A stretch of DNA of 64,000 nucleotides from Podarcis tiliguerta (Eukaryota), in the NCBI GenBank assembly GCA_965153285.1, contig OZ229115.1; one strand, given 5' to 3'. The translations under genes were made by a program, and so were the position numbers. Shown in pieces: positions 13,461 through 24,560 of this stretch. The number at the start of each line of letters is the position of its first letter. Position 1 is the stretch's first letter. A model generated the notes under the pieces. It did no database searches. It was not told where the DNA came from and saw only the letters and a program-made list of their open reading frames with translations.

Positions 13461-14098
13461 GAGGTAAGCCACGCTGTGTTATTAGTGGTATAGGCATAAG
13501 GCCCCCAATACAGCCCACAAAAAGTTTTCAAATGTGCAGAATTCAAGCAATAACAAGCAGCTTGCAAAAATTTAAGTTAGCAAAATCTCAAGGGTTTTTG
13601 TAAAAAAACCCTCAAAAGCCATACTATCCAAGCTTAATGACAAAGACCCACCGCCACCCATGCACCCCCTAGAACAGTAGGGCTTTAATTAGAGACCTTG
13701 CAGGGAGCAGCTCCTAGAAGGGTCCTAAGCAGGTGGCGATGGAGCACAAGTGCAAAGGTTTGCCCCTTGAAGGACCAGACATAGTCCCCCACACAGGTTT
13801 TATGTTAGGCAGGCAGGAAGCCAGGATTTTTGTTAGGCTGGGGCCAGACATCTACCTGTCATTAACCTCTGTCCAGCTCTAGATTTGGAAGGAAATGTCT
13901 CAACAGCAGTTGTTTTAGATTACTTTATATTGACTCCCAGTGCTCAGGAAAATCTGTCAAAGTCTCTACAATTTCTATTTTTAGTTAAGTATTTTTATTT
14001 ATTTACTTGATAGCTATGCCCATGGGGCTGCCCTCTGAAGTCTCTTGTGCTCTGCATCCTCCTGTCATGATTTAGACTGGGCCTCTTTCCCACCCATG

Positions 14099-14638
14099 CA
14101 TAGCTGTCAAGTGTCCCTTATTTGAAGAGACAGTCCCTTATTCCAGTGCCACGCCCCGCTGCTGTCCCTTATTGGTGGATGTCTCTTAAATATCCCTTAA
14201 ATGATGTCCCTTAAATTTCAAAGGAAGCAGCTCCTCTCCCTCCCTCCCTGTCGGCCAGGGAGGAGGGAGGCTCCAACTGTGTTGCTTGGCTGTGTTGCTC
14301 ACCCAATAAGAAGTCTAAGAACGACTGGGGAGTGGAGCTTGAATGCCTTGTGTGTGGCTAGTTAATACAAGCTGAGGGGGGTTTTGAATGCTGGATGTCA
14401 TTTTGTTGCACGTGCTGCTGCAAACTTTGCAGTGCAAAGCCAGGCCGGGGAGCCATCTTAAGTTGAGGCTGCATAGGTCTTGTGGTGCATGTGATTCAGA
14501 TTCTATTCAGTTGAACCTCTGGTTACAAAGTTGGTTGGACAGCGTTCTCGAAGCTACAGGCCCCTTATTTTGGCTGCTGGTTCCTTATTTTCAAGGCTGC
14601 TGGTCCCTTATTTTCAAATCTGTAAGTTGACAGCTATG
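14099..14638. mobile_element. Non-autonomous DNA transposon (hAT-like) with 6-bp TSD
   Basis: TIRs CATAGCTGTCAA / TTGACAGCTATG; CCCATG on both sides (14093-14098, 14639-14644); subterminal GTCCCTTA repeats. Confidence 0.8.
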
Positions 14639-15447
14639 CCCATGATGGGCTTTGATTCCCACATCAACCGTCAGGCAAGCTTGATTTGATTCCACCCCCC
14701 TCACTTGGTCACATTGTAAATCGTAACCCACCCCTTCTTCCCTAATGGGAGGGGAGAAAGCATTTTGTGGTTTGCCTCTGGTACCAAAATGTATTGGGCT
14801 GACACTGCCGTTACACCACACTTTAAGGAGGTTAGAAAGCTTGCCTTTAATACAACAATAAATCAAAGTTTGCTAATGTTTTAAACACATGCATAATGGA
14901 TGCACAAACCATTTGCACAATTATAAAAAGCAATGTCTGAGAAGGCATATGACTATAGCCAACAAGGAGGAATAGTTAGTACTGATGCACTATGCTGTTC
15001 TCAGCCTAAGAGCAATTCTGTTGTGGAATTTAGTTATAACTTTAACAAGCCCAAACTGGATGGCTAAAAAACCCAAAAAGAAAGTTCAGAACAGCCTTCA
15101 CCAACCCAATACCCTCCAGATGTACTACAACTCCCATCAGTCAGCACAAAAAAGTCTGGAGCTGCACTCTCCCTTCACTCTCCCTTCCATTACAGAACTG
15201 GGCCCAGGAGTTTAAAGATACCTCACTGAGAAGATGTGAAAGGTAATTTCTACTAGAAGCTGTGATGGAAATTTGATTTAAGAAATCATTATTATCTATT
15301 TGACTTACTCTTCACTTAACTACAAAAAAGACATATAAAACAATACATTTCAATAAAACCATTCCAGTAGCACACCTGTTCTGAAAGCCCTGCACTAACT
15401 GTCAGGGAACTACCAGACCCGATTTAAGGTGTTAGTACTAAGACTAG

Positions 15448-15800
15448 AGGGGACGCGGGTGTGCTGTGGGTTAAACCACAGAGCCTAGGACTTGCTGATC
15501 AGAAGGTCATGGTTCGAATCCCCACGACGGGGTGAGCTCCCGTTGTTCGGTCCCAGCTCCTGCCAACCTAGCAGTTTGAAAGCCCATCAAAGTGTAAGTA
15601 GATAAATAGGTACCACTCTGGTGGGAAGATAAACGGCGTTTCCGTGTGCTGCTCTGGTTCGCCAGAAGTCATGCTGGCCACATGACCCGGAAGCTGTCTG
15701 CGGACAAACGCCAGCTCCCTCGGCCAATAAAGCGAGATGAGCGCCGCAACCCCAGAGTTGGTCACGACTGGACCTAATGGTCAGGGATCCCTTTAGCTTT
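15448..15800 (+). mobile_element. Sauria SINE
   Basis: Same family as 406-759; TSD TACTAAGACTAG at 15436-15447 and 15801-15812. Confidence 0.92.
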
Positions 15801-16339
15801 TACTAAGACTAGGCCATATGTTACAAACAGACATTCCCACTCTTAAGAGTGTGAGTGACAGGCTGGTGCAGGAAGGAAAGGTGAAGAGATTTTAAAAGTT
15901 GTGGAACCCCTTGGAGATACCTTCAGACTGGGGGTTCCACACAGTCCTAATTAAAAAAGCATTGAATTAGCTCTTGGTAGACTATTTACTCCTATATTTT
16001 AGTACAGAAGCCAGACACTAGATGGCGTTAGGAACCAGAATTTGGATTCCTGCTAGCCTTTTTATGTGTGTAGGGGTGTGCAGGTGTGTTTACTTTCTTT
16101 TTCATGGTATTTTACTTGGAAATGATCAGCAGGAAGCAAAATGCAATGGTAAAAATGCTGAACTTGTAACATAAATGTAAGCTGCTATTTCTGCTATGTT
16201 GATCTCACAAAACATGAAAAACATTGTGTTTCAAACTCTTCCTCCTCACACATATAAACACTTATCCAAAGGGTAAGAAATTTCAGACTTTTAAAGGATC
16301 AGTCTCCATGAAAGGAAAGAGTACTGGAGATTCACTGAC

Positions 16340-18070
16340 TTGTTTGCAAAGCATTTTTAGGATAAAATTGTTTGCATCCACAGGGATCTTGACTCTGCTG
16401 TTACAGCACATGAATTTCAAGGGGAATCCAGAGCACGGTCTAGTCTTGTTGTGTTGGATGGGTTTCAGTTGGTAAGGTTCGAGGATGTGGACAAGGTGCT
16501 TGGGTCGGTCAGGGCAAACACTTGCACTCTGAACCCTTGCCCCTCTTGGTTGAAAGAAACTATCAGGGAGGGGACAGCTGGCTGGGCCAGGGTGGTTATT
16601 AATGCCTCCCTCCGAGAGGGAGTTGTCGCTGCCTGCTTGAAGGAGGCAGTAGTAAAACCATTCCTTAATAAACACTCCCTTCACTTGGAAAATCCAAGTA
16701 ACTACTGGCCAGTTGCTAATCTCCCCTTCTTCGGCAAGGTTCTTGAGCAGGTGGTTGCAGAAAAGATCCAGACCATCTAGGAGGAAACTGATCTTCTAGA
16801 TCCATTTCATTTGGCATTTAGGCCCAGTTTTGGCACAGAAACTGCCATGTATCATGACATCAGTCAGTAGAGAATCAGAAGAAATGTGCCCTTGTTAATT
16901 CTCCTTGACTTCTCAGCAGCTTTCAATACTATTACCCATGGTATCTTTCTGGAGCAGCTTTCCACGATAGAGGTTGGTAGCATCGCTTTGTGGTGGTTCT
17001 GTTCTTACTTGGATGGTCGTTTCCAGAGAATGATGCTTAGGGAGTGCTCTGTGGCCCTGTAGAGCCTTCAATGTGGGGTTCCTCAGCATTCAATTTTATC
17101 CCCTGTGCTACATTAAACTGTTAAGTGGGGTTATCTGGAGTTTTGGAGTAGGTGGTCAGCAATATGCTGAAGACACACAGCTCTACTTATTCCTTTACAT
17201 TTGCAGGTATGGCAATAGATGTGCTGGACTGTTGTCTTGCCTCAGTCATGGACTGGATGAAAACCAATAAACTGAAGCTCAATCCATATAAGACAGAGGC
17301 ATTGCTAGTGGGTGGTTCCCTATACCAGATGGCTGGGAGGTTGCCTGCTCTTAATGGGGTTTTACACTCCCTTTGAAGGTGGCTTGAGGCTCAGGTAGCC
17401 TCAGTGGTGTGGAGTGTCTTCCATCAGCTTTCGTTGGTGGCCCACCTGCTCCCTTATCTGGACAGGGATAGCCAAACGTCCATCACCTATGCTCTGGTAA
17501 CCTCTAGGTTAGATTACTGCAACGTGTTATAGGTAGGGCTGCCTCTGAAGGTGGTTTGGGAACTTCAGTTGGTGCAGAATACAGTTGCTCATTGGGGCAA
17601 GACAGTTTGAGCATATCAGTAGCCCAACTGCACCAGTTCCCATTGAGTTCCTGGGACCAATTTAAAGTGCTGATTTTGACCCATAAAACCTTTAAGTGGC
17701 TAAAGAGTGCAGCAGTACCTCAAGGATTGCCTCTCCCCATATGAACTGACCTAGGCTTTGTGAGCATCATCTGAGGCCCTTTTTCGGGTGCCTCCTCCAC
17801 AAGGTTTGGATGGTGGCAACATGAGAATGGATATTTTCTGCAGTAGCTCCCCATTTGTGGAATGCTCTCCCCTGGAAGGCTTGCTTGGCACCTTCATTAT
17901 ACATCTTTAAGCACCAGACAAAAATATTTCTGTTCAACCAGGCCTTTGGCTGTTTAACATTCTTTGTAAATGTGTCTTTGTTTTGTTCTTACTATGCATT
18001 TTGTGTTTTTGTTTTTATTTTATGCTGTGAACCACCTTGAGATCTTCAGCTTAAGGGAATAATAAAATAA
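16340..18070 (+). mobile_element. Degraded 5'-truncated L2 LINE (RT and 3' end)
   Basis: Broken frames with CTLNPCPSWL, NYWPVANLPFFGKVLE, LLDFSAAFNT, YAEDTQLY, KLKLNPYKTE; A-rich tail at ~18060. Confidence 0.88.
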
Positions 18071-19346
18071 AATGAGCCACAATTAGGCTCAAAGAAGGCT
18101 CATTGCTGCATGGGACAATCTTCAGGATGTATACATGTGTGTATGCTGCCTGCCTCCAGTTCTGGCCCATATGGCTGCTCCTCTGGAATTTGATCAATAT
18201 TTGTGTTTAGCTTGAAAGTTTGCAAGGCTGGGTCAATTAAGGATAGCAGCCTACATTTTCTTATGGATGCAGACATTGCACAAACAAGCTTGAGGGGCAT
18301 ATCGTATCAAGCAACTTCTACATTTCATGTCTCTTTGATGTCAACAGATGTCATTCTTTCTTTTCTGATTGGTTTGCTTTGTATGTCCCACAAAAGACCT
18401 ATTCCCAGTTAAGTGCTATCAGACTGCAGCATGAGGGTAGGATATGATGCACACTTTCCTGAGAGTGAGTTCATTGAATCCAATGGGGGACTTCTGAGTA
18501 GATATGCATAGGATTGTGCCATGCATACTGCTCAAAGAGACAAGTTTAATTTCAAGCCAATTAAAAATAATGTCTATCATGATTTTAATTTAAATCAGGA
18601 TTTCTTCTGCTTTTAAATTACATCAGGGTTTTCCCTCGAAGAATAGTTCCTCCATTCCTTCCAAAGTGTAGCATGCGAACAGGTGGCTGTACCTAAAAGA
18701 GAGCAGGGCCCCTTCACCTTTAATAGTTGCATAGTTGTGTAGAAGAGGGAATTCCGGCATCTGGCAACACTGCATGCAGTGGAAGGAACCACAGCTATGT
18801 GGAAGTGAGGTGCCTTGATATAATTTAAGTGGGGGCGGGGTTTCCTGTTGGTGGCAATTCCTACCACACAAAAATGAAACAGTCCCCAAATGAATGTAAA
18901 AACCCATTATGGGTTTTCCCCACCCTGTCAGTACAGAACCAATAGGATGGAGGCCAGAGGTGGTGCTGGGGTGATAAAGCAGAAAGCGCTAGAGTCTCAC
19001 CGCTGCCAGATTAACATAAAAAATTCAGAGCATCAACTGCTAGTTATTACATTTATTTATTTATTCAGATGTACAAATATGAATATTTATTCATAGTCGT
19101 ACATATGACTAATTTCATCAATGTTGAATATAAGAGCTTATATAACGTTTTTGTCCACTAAAGTAAGGAGACAGAAACGTGTCCAAAAAGTAGGTAGCAT
19201 TCATCCTGTCTTGACAGGGCCCCCTTAAAAACACTTCTGAATTCCCTGACCAGCAGCATATATAAGGCAAAGGAGAAACTGAAATACAGTAGAGGAAGAA
19301 GCAATGCAGGATTCCAGCAATTAAAGCTTTCCAATCTTGCGGCTTC

Positions 19347-19500
19347 TTCCCTATTGGCAATGGGTCAGTGCATCTGGCTGCTAACCAGAAGGCTGGTGGT
19401 TGGAGCCCACCCAGGATGGCTGTGCGCAGGATTCCTGCATTGCAGGGGGTTGGGCTAGATGACCCTCAGGGTCCCTTCCAACTCCACAATTCTAATCTAT
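19347..19500 (+). mobile_element. SINE with tRNA-Asn-derived head and CR1 3' tail
   Basis: Head aligns to tRNA-Asn(GTT) (GCAATGGGTCAG..GGCTGCTAACC..GGTGGTTGGAGCCCACCCAGG); tail TTCCTGCATTGCAGGGGGTTGG..CCCTTCCAACTC resembles the CR1 3'UTR at 44920-44975. Confidence 0.7.
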
Positions 19501-20850
19501 GTGCAGTATGGACAGGTCCACCAGCTTCCTTTTTTTGCTTACATGATACTGTGTAACTCATTAGAACTGGCACCGATAGAAGCCTGTTTTACATAACCTT
19601 GATTTTGTTGATTTATTTTGCCAGTCTTGGTTGCAGGTTTGCAGCCCTCACAACATGGCTGTTTCTTTCATTGCATTCCCCTCCTCCCTTTTATCTATTT
19701 TAAAATTAATTACCATTCTCTTTTCCTGGAGGCAGTTTGCTTAATTAGGCATAGGGTTAACAAACTAGGTTAATGCGGACAGCAAAAACACTCTCCACTT
19801 CAGCCAAACCCAGGCAGCCTTGTGTTGCGAATATTCATAGTTCATAGTTCTCCTGAACTAGAATGAAATCCTAGAACTCACAGACTCTTTGTTTTACTGC
19901 TTATGCATCCAGAAAAATAAAACTGACCAAAGAACATACCAAATTAATTCACATCCCTTATCTTTAGACTCTAATTCTTACAGATAGCACACATACTATC
20001 ACTATAGTTTCTAAAAACAGGCTTTGTTATTATTTTGCAGAGTAGGGAGAAGCTCCGAACATTATTTTGGTTTAGTTTTTGAATAGCTGATTTGGTATGC
20101 CTTCGAATCAATGGCTAAACAATACATCATCGCTAGCGAAAAGGACAACAGTCATATGACTTATCTGCATGCTTTGACAGTAAGGAAAGTATGATTGAAC
20201 GCCACCTGTGCTATAAATTGCCATGGAGTTAGTGTGAAATAAATTGCTGTTCCTATGTCTACAGAGTCCCTGCATTGCATTTTAAAAACTAAAATAATAA
20301 TCCTTAAGGTTTTGCCTTTAAGTGATTTTTACTTCATAGGAATAGCACCATAGCTTTTCTACTGGTTAATTAAACCTGCAGTCCACATATGCTAGAGTTG
20401 CATTGAAGTCAACAGGAATTACTTCTGATTAGGCACGTATAGGATTGTACTGTAACCGTTCAATACATTTGTTGAAACCATGACTGATTCCAAATCCAAT
20501 GTAATCACTCAGCCAACAAATTTACCTCCTAGGGCAATGCCTGCCCTTGTTGAGTTTGGGTTCCCATGATTTTTCACAGTGGAACATGTGGTTTGGCAGC
20601 TTTGTTCTGTACTGCTGTTGGGTATGTTGATTTCTCCTCTGCCCACTAATTTAACAGTGCATTCAAATCTGGGAAGGATTACACTTTTTCATACTCACTC
20701 AAAGTGCTATGTGCATTTTATTGTTCTACAACTGCAACTATGTTGAGCTGTGGGGGTGGGGGGAATCCCACCTGCTCTATAAAGTTAATGTGACTGTTTG
20801 GTCTCCTGGTCCTCATCTGACCTGCATTCATTACAGTTACACTACATATA

Positions 20851-21050
20851 CAGTGGTACCTCAGGTTACATACGCTTCCAGAAATAGTGCCTCAGGTTAA
20901 GAACTTTGCTTCAGGATGAGAACAGAAATTGTGCTCCGGCGGCGGCGGCAGGAGGCCCCATTAGCTAATGTGGTGCTTCAGGTTAAGAACAGTTTCAGGT
21001 TAAGAACAGACCTCCAGAACGAATTAAGTACTTAACCCGAGGTACCACTG
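20851..21050. mobile_element. Tc1/mariner (Tigger-like) MITE
   Basis: TIRs CAGTGGTACCTC..GGTTA; preceded by TA. Confidence 0.85.
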
Positions 21051-22419
21051 TTTAGGGCTATGTGTTTTTATAGTGGTATGGCAACTCTCCTGTGTTTGCC
21101 TTGTGTATAAGGGGACTCCACTAGCCATGACATTCTGTACATAGTTTTAAATTTAGAAATCTTCAATAGTAATCACTATGGAGTAAAATAAGCTTGTAAA
21201 TAATACTGCTGCAGCTCAGCTGGTGACAGCAAAAGGCCATTGACCCTTTAATCCTTTCTAAACAATCCTGTTCTTTTTGTAGGTCAGGCAATAAATGAGG
21301 CTTCCCCAGCCTAGTGTTACAGATGATCACTAATATGGAGAGCATTCTGGCTGTCCTGAGAAAATTATCTGAAATGGCTGCACTACTTGAGAAAATGAAA
21401 TCCTAGAACTACAACCCTCTCTACATGTGCAAATCCATACTATACCGTGTTGGATCTGAAATTGTTCCTCACCCCTCAAATTTAGATTTTTCATTCTGGA
21501 ACTTTCTCCAACAGGCTGCCCTCCCAATGTTGTATTTGGCTGGGGCTGATGGGATTTGTAGTTCCATAACATCTGGAAGTCACCAAGTTGGGGGAACACC
21601 ATTTTTAATTTCAGCACCTAGTCAGGTCCTACGAAAAGTTCACAAGCAGAACATGATCATGATATCTATCTCCTGGTAACATTTTGTTTATTTGTCTTTG
21701 TCTTAAACTTGCTACATATCAGCTTCAATACTGAACTTATTTTGAGCATGAATATTCCCACCCCTATGCATCACAAAAATATACATTTTTGTTCTTTGAC
21801 ACATGTTAACCTCATCCTCAGCCCATTTTATCATCTAATACTTTATTTGATTTCCCTGTTTGATATGAACGCCTGCTTCAATTGTTGTTCTCTAAAGCAA
21901 ACCTTCTCCACCCTGCCCCCCAACAACTAAAAAGAAATATTAAATTCCTTAGGGCTCGGTTTGAGCCATGACTCAGTCCTGAAAAATCAACATCAAGGTT
22001 TGACAAAGGGATCTACGAAACAACATAATGAAGAAGGGTGCCTGTGTTTCCAAATATGTGAAGAGGACATTATCCTTGAAGGCTGCAATCATATGATTAG
22101 CTTCTTGTGAATAAGTCTCATGGGGTTTACTTCCATGTAAACATTATACGGTCCAGATGAATGAGTAATTTGAGGGACTCTTGGTTGGCTCCTGTTTTGC
22201 TAGCCTTGCAGTGGCAGTTAAACCATACTTTCCCCTTTGTACTGCATCTTACTACCACAGCAGCCTTTATCATCCTTCCACCCCATCAATTGCATTCATT
22301 AATTCCAACTGCATTCCAAAAAGCACTGCTGCATCTTTCATTTTAGCACGCCTCACCCAGCAAACTCTCTCCCATCTACCCAGGGGTGCAAGGATTTCTG
22401 AAATGCAATTGTTTAACAA

Positions 22420-23240
22420 TAGAAAGTCGGGTGCAGAGACAAAAGAAAACTGAGTCTATAAGTACTCTTGACTTTAAGAAGGCTGATTTCAAAAAGCTTA
22501 AGGAACTACTGGGTGATATCCTACGGTCAGAAATACTCAAAGAGAAGGGGGTCCAAGATGGGATTGGAGTTTCTTAAAGGTGAAATATTGAAGGCCCAAA
22601 TGCAGACAATTCCAACAAGAAAGAAAACTGGGAGGCACCTAAAGAAGCCAGTGTAGTTGCATGAGCTTACAGATGAGCTGAGATTTAAGAAGGGCATGTA
22701 TAAGAAATGAAAGAAAGGGGAAATCATGAAGGAAGAGTATACATGAGTACCCAACAGTTAAAGGGAGGTCAGGTGGGTCAAAGCTCAGAATAAGCCTAGG
22801 CTTATTCTAGAGGTTAAAATTAAAGAGAGGTTAAAATTAAAAAATCAAAAGGTTTCTTCTGCTATGTTCAAAGCAAGAGGAAGAATAAGCAAGTAGCAGG
22901 TCCTCTATGTGAAGACAGAAAAATGCTGTTGGGTGACAGGACTGCTCAACACTTACTTTATTTCTGTCCTCACTCAAAAGGAAAGCAGTGCCCAACCTGG
23001 TGATAACAGAATAAATGATGCAGGGAGGGAGCTGCAGTCCAAGATAGAAAAAGTGGTAAGGGAACACCAAGCTACTTTAAATGAATGCAAATCTCCAGGG
23101 CCTGATGAGCTGCACCCAAGGGTACTAAAGGAGCTTCTTGGTGCAATCTCAGAGCCTCTGCCTATAATCTATCAGGATTCTTGGAGAACAGGTGAGGTCC
23201 CTGCGGACTGGAGGTGGGCAAATGTCCCCCATCTCCAAAG
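22420..23240 (+). mobile_element. Degraded CR1 ORF2 fragment
   Basis: [36 protein letters not shown] with stops and frameshifts; homologous to the CR1 at 42.4-45.0 kb. Confidence 0.9.
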
Positions 23241-23689
23241 GCCTGTCAGCTCTACAAAAACAAATACTGGCAGACAGGTACAAAGCCTCAAAGAATCATG
23301 AAAACTGTTGTATGGCACAACAGAGAGATGGGTTGGTCCGGTGCTGCTGTTGTAACTGAACCCATCAAGTCAGCCTGTCAATATGCTTGGCAGGGGCTGT
23401 TGCCTGGGGGGCGAGGAGGCGGGTAGCGCCCCTGGAGTAGAGGGATCTTGAGCCCCACGCCCAAAGTTAACACCTCTGACAGGAGCAACAAAATTTACTT
23501 TCCCTATGCTATTAGACTGCTTAAGTGAAGAAAGATTAGTGCAACAGGGGATGGAAGGATGGTGAACTTTACTAAATAAACAAATCCCCGAGCTCAGGAG
23601 AAACATGTTCTAAAATGCTCCAAATGCACCTGACACCTTGCGTTTCTACCAAAGCGCAACTGTACCTCTTGCAAGTACTAAAACCCACC

Positions 23690-24560
23690 CTAAACGCCGA
23701 CTCCTTCCCCTCCCCGATTTCCCTCCAAGCCGAACGAGCAATATTCTTTTGTGGTCCTAAACATTGACGCGACTCTGCGCTTGCGCGAGAGCTGGGGAAC
23801 TCGCACCGAGGCGCAGCGCGCCTGCGTAGTCGCTTCCCCACACATGCTGGCATTGCTGCTGCTGCTGCTACTGGGAGAGGCAGCTGCAGCGGCTCAGGTT
23901 CACCTGCGCGGCCGTGTCTTCTTGGGGGGAGGAGGTAGGTGGCTGCTTCTAGGCTGTGTTTTGCGCTGCTCGCTCTGGTGCCTCCGCGCCCGCTTTGCTT
24001 GCTGTGGCTGCTTCCCTTGTGCTTTGGCGCTGGGGCGGCGCTTGTTGTGCTTTCGGAACTCCTCGGGTAGCGGCTGAGGCGCGACGCCTCTTCCCCTCCG
24101 GCCGGAGTATTCCGCGTCTTCCGCTCCCTAGTCTCCCTTCGCTTCCCTGCCTCTGTCCCCGGAGAAAGCTGGCGGGAAGGTCTCGGCCTTGTCCTCCCTT
24201 TCTCTCCGTCCTCCCAGAGACAACATTGAGGCGCGCTTTGGGGAGGGAGGGGTGCGGGTGTCCTCCTAAGCGGGGGGGCTACCTGTCGCTTTGGTTCCTG
24301 CTCTTGCTGTGCATTATTGGGGGCTTTGCATCCTGGGCCCCTTCGGGTGATGCAGGTTTGCACCGTGCCCGTCTCAGCTGTGGGAGCTCAGCCCGCCGCC
24401 CGAGGGCAGGGTGGGGGGAATGCAATGCAGGGAAAGGAGAAAGGACACCTAGCGGATTGCTCGTATCCGACCACCAGTTAAGTTAGAGTAAACGGCGTCG
24501 TAGTAGACTCTCCCTGGGAGAGTTACTTGGAGAGGATACGGAGGGTCTACGGTGCTGCTT
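23690..24560 (+). promoter_or_regulatory. NDRG3: CpG-island promoter and non-coding exon 1 of NDRG3 (exon ~23830-23934, or ending at 23897)
   Basis: CpG island upstream of the NDRG3 coding exons; (GCT)n-containing leader; candidate donors GAG|GTAGGT at 23934 and CAG|GTTCAC at 23897. Confidence 0.75.

Noticed and set aside
16003-21406. Assigning the exon-like chain to an ST3GAL-type sialyltransferase or a BPI/LBP-family gene
   Set aside because: Only faint local resemblances; no intact sialylmotif L/S and no BPI-consistent exon structure.
13460-23690. SNORA71/SNORA60-type snoRNAs expected from the human SNHG11/SNHG17 neighbourhood
   Set aside because: I could not find their characteristic motifs on either strand by eye; an Infernal/Rfam scan would settle it.
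23572-24486. 263-aa and 176-aa ORFs over the NDRG3 CpG island
   Set aside because: Same GC-content artefact; overlapping on both strands with no domain.
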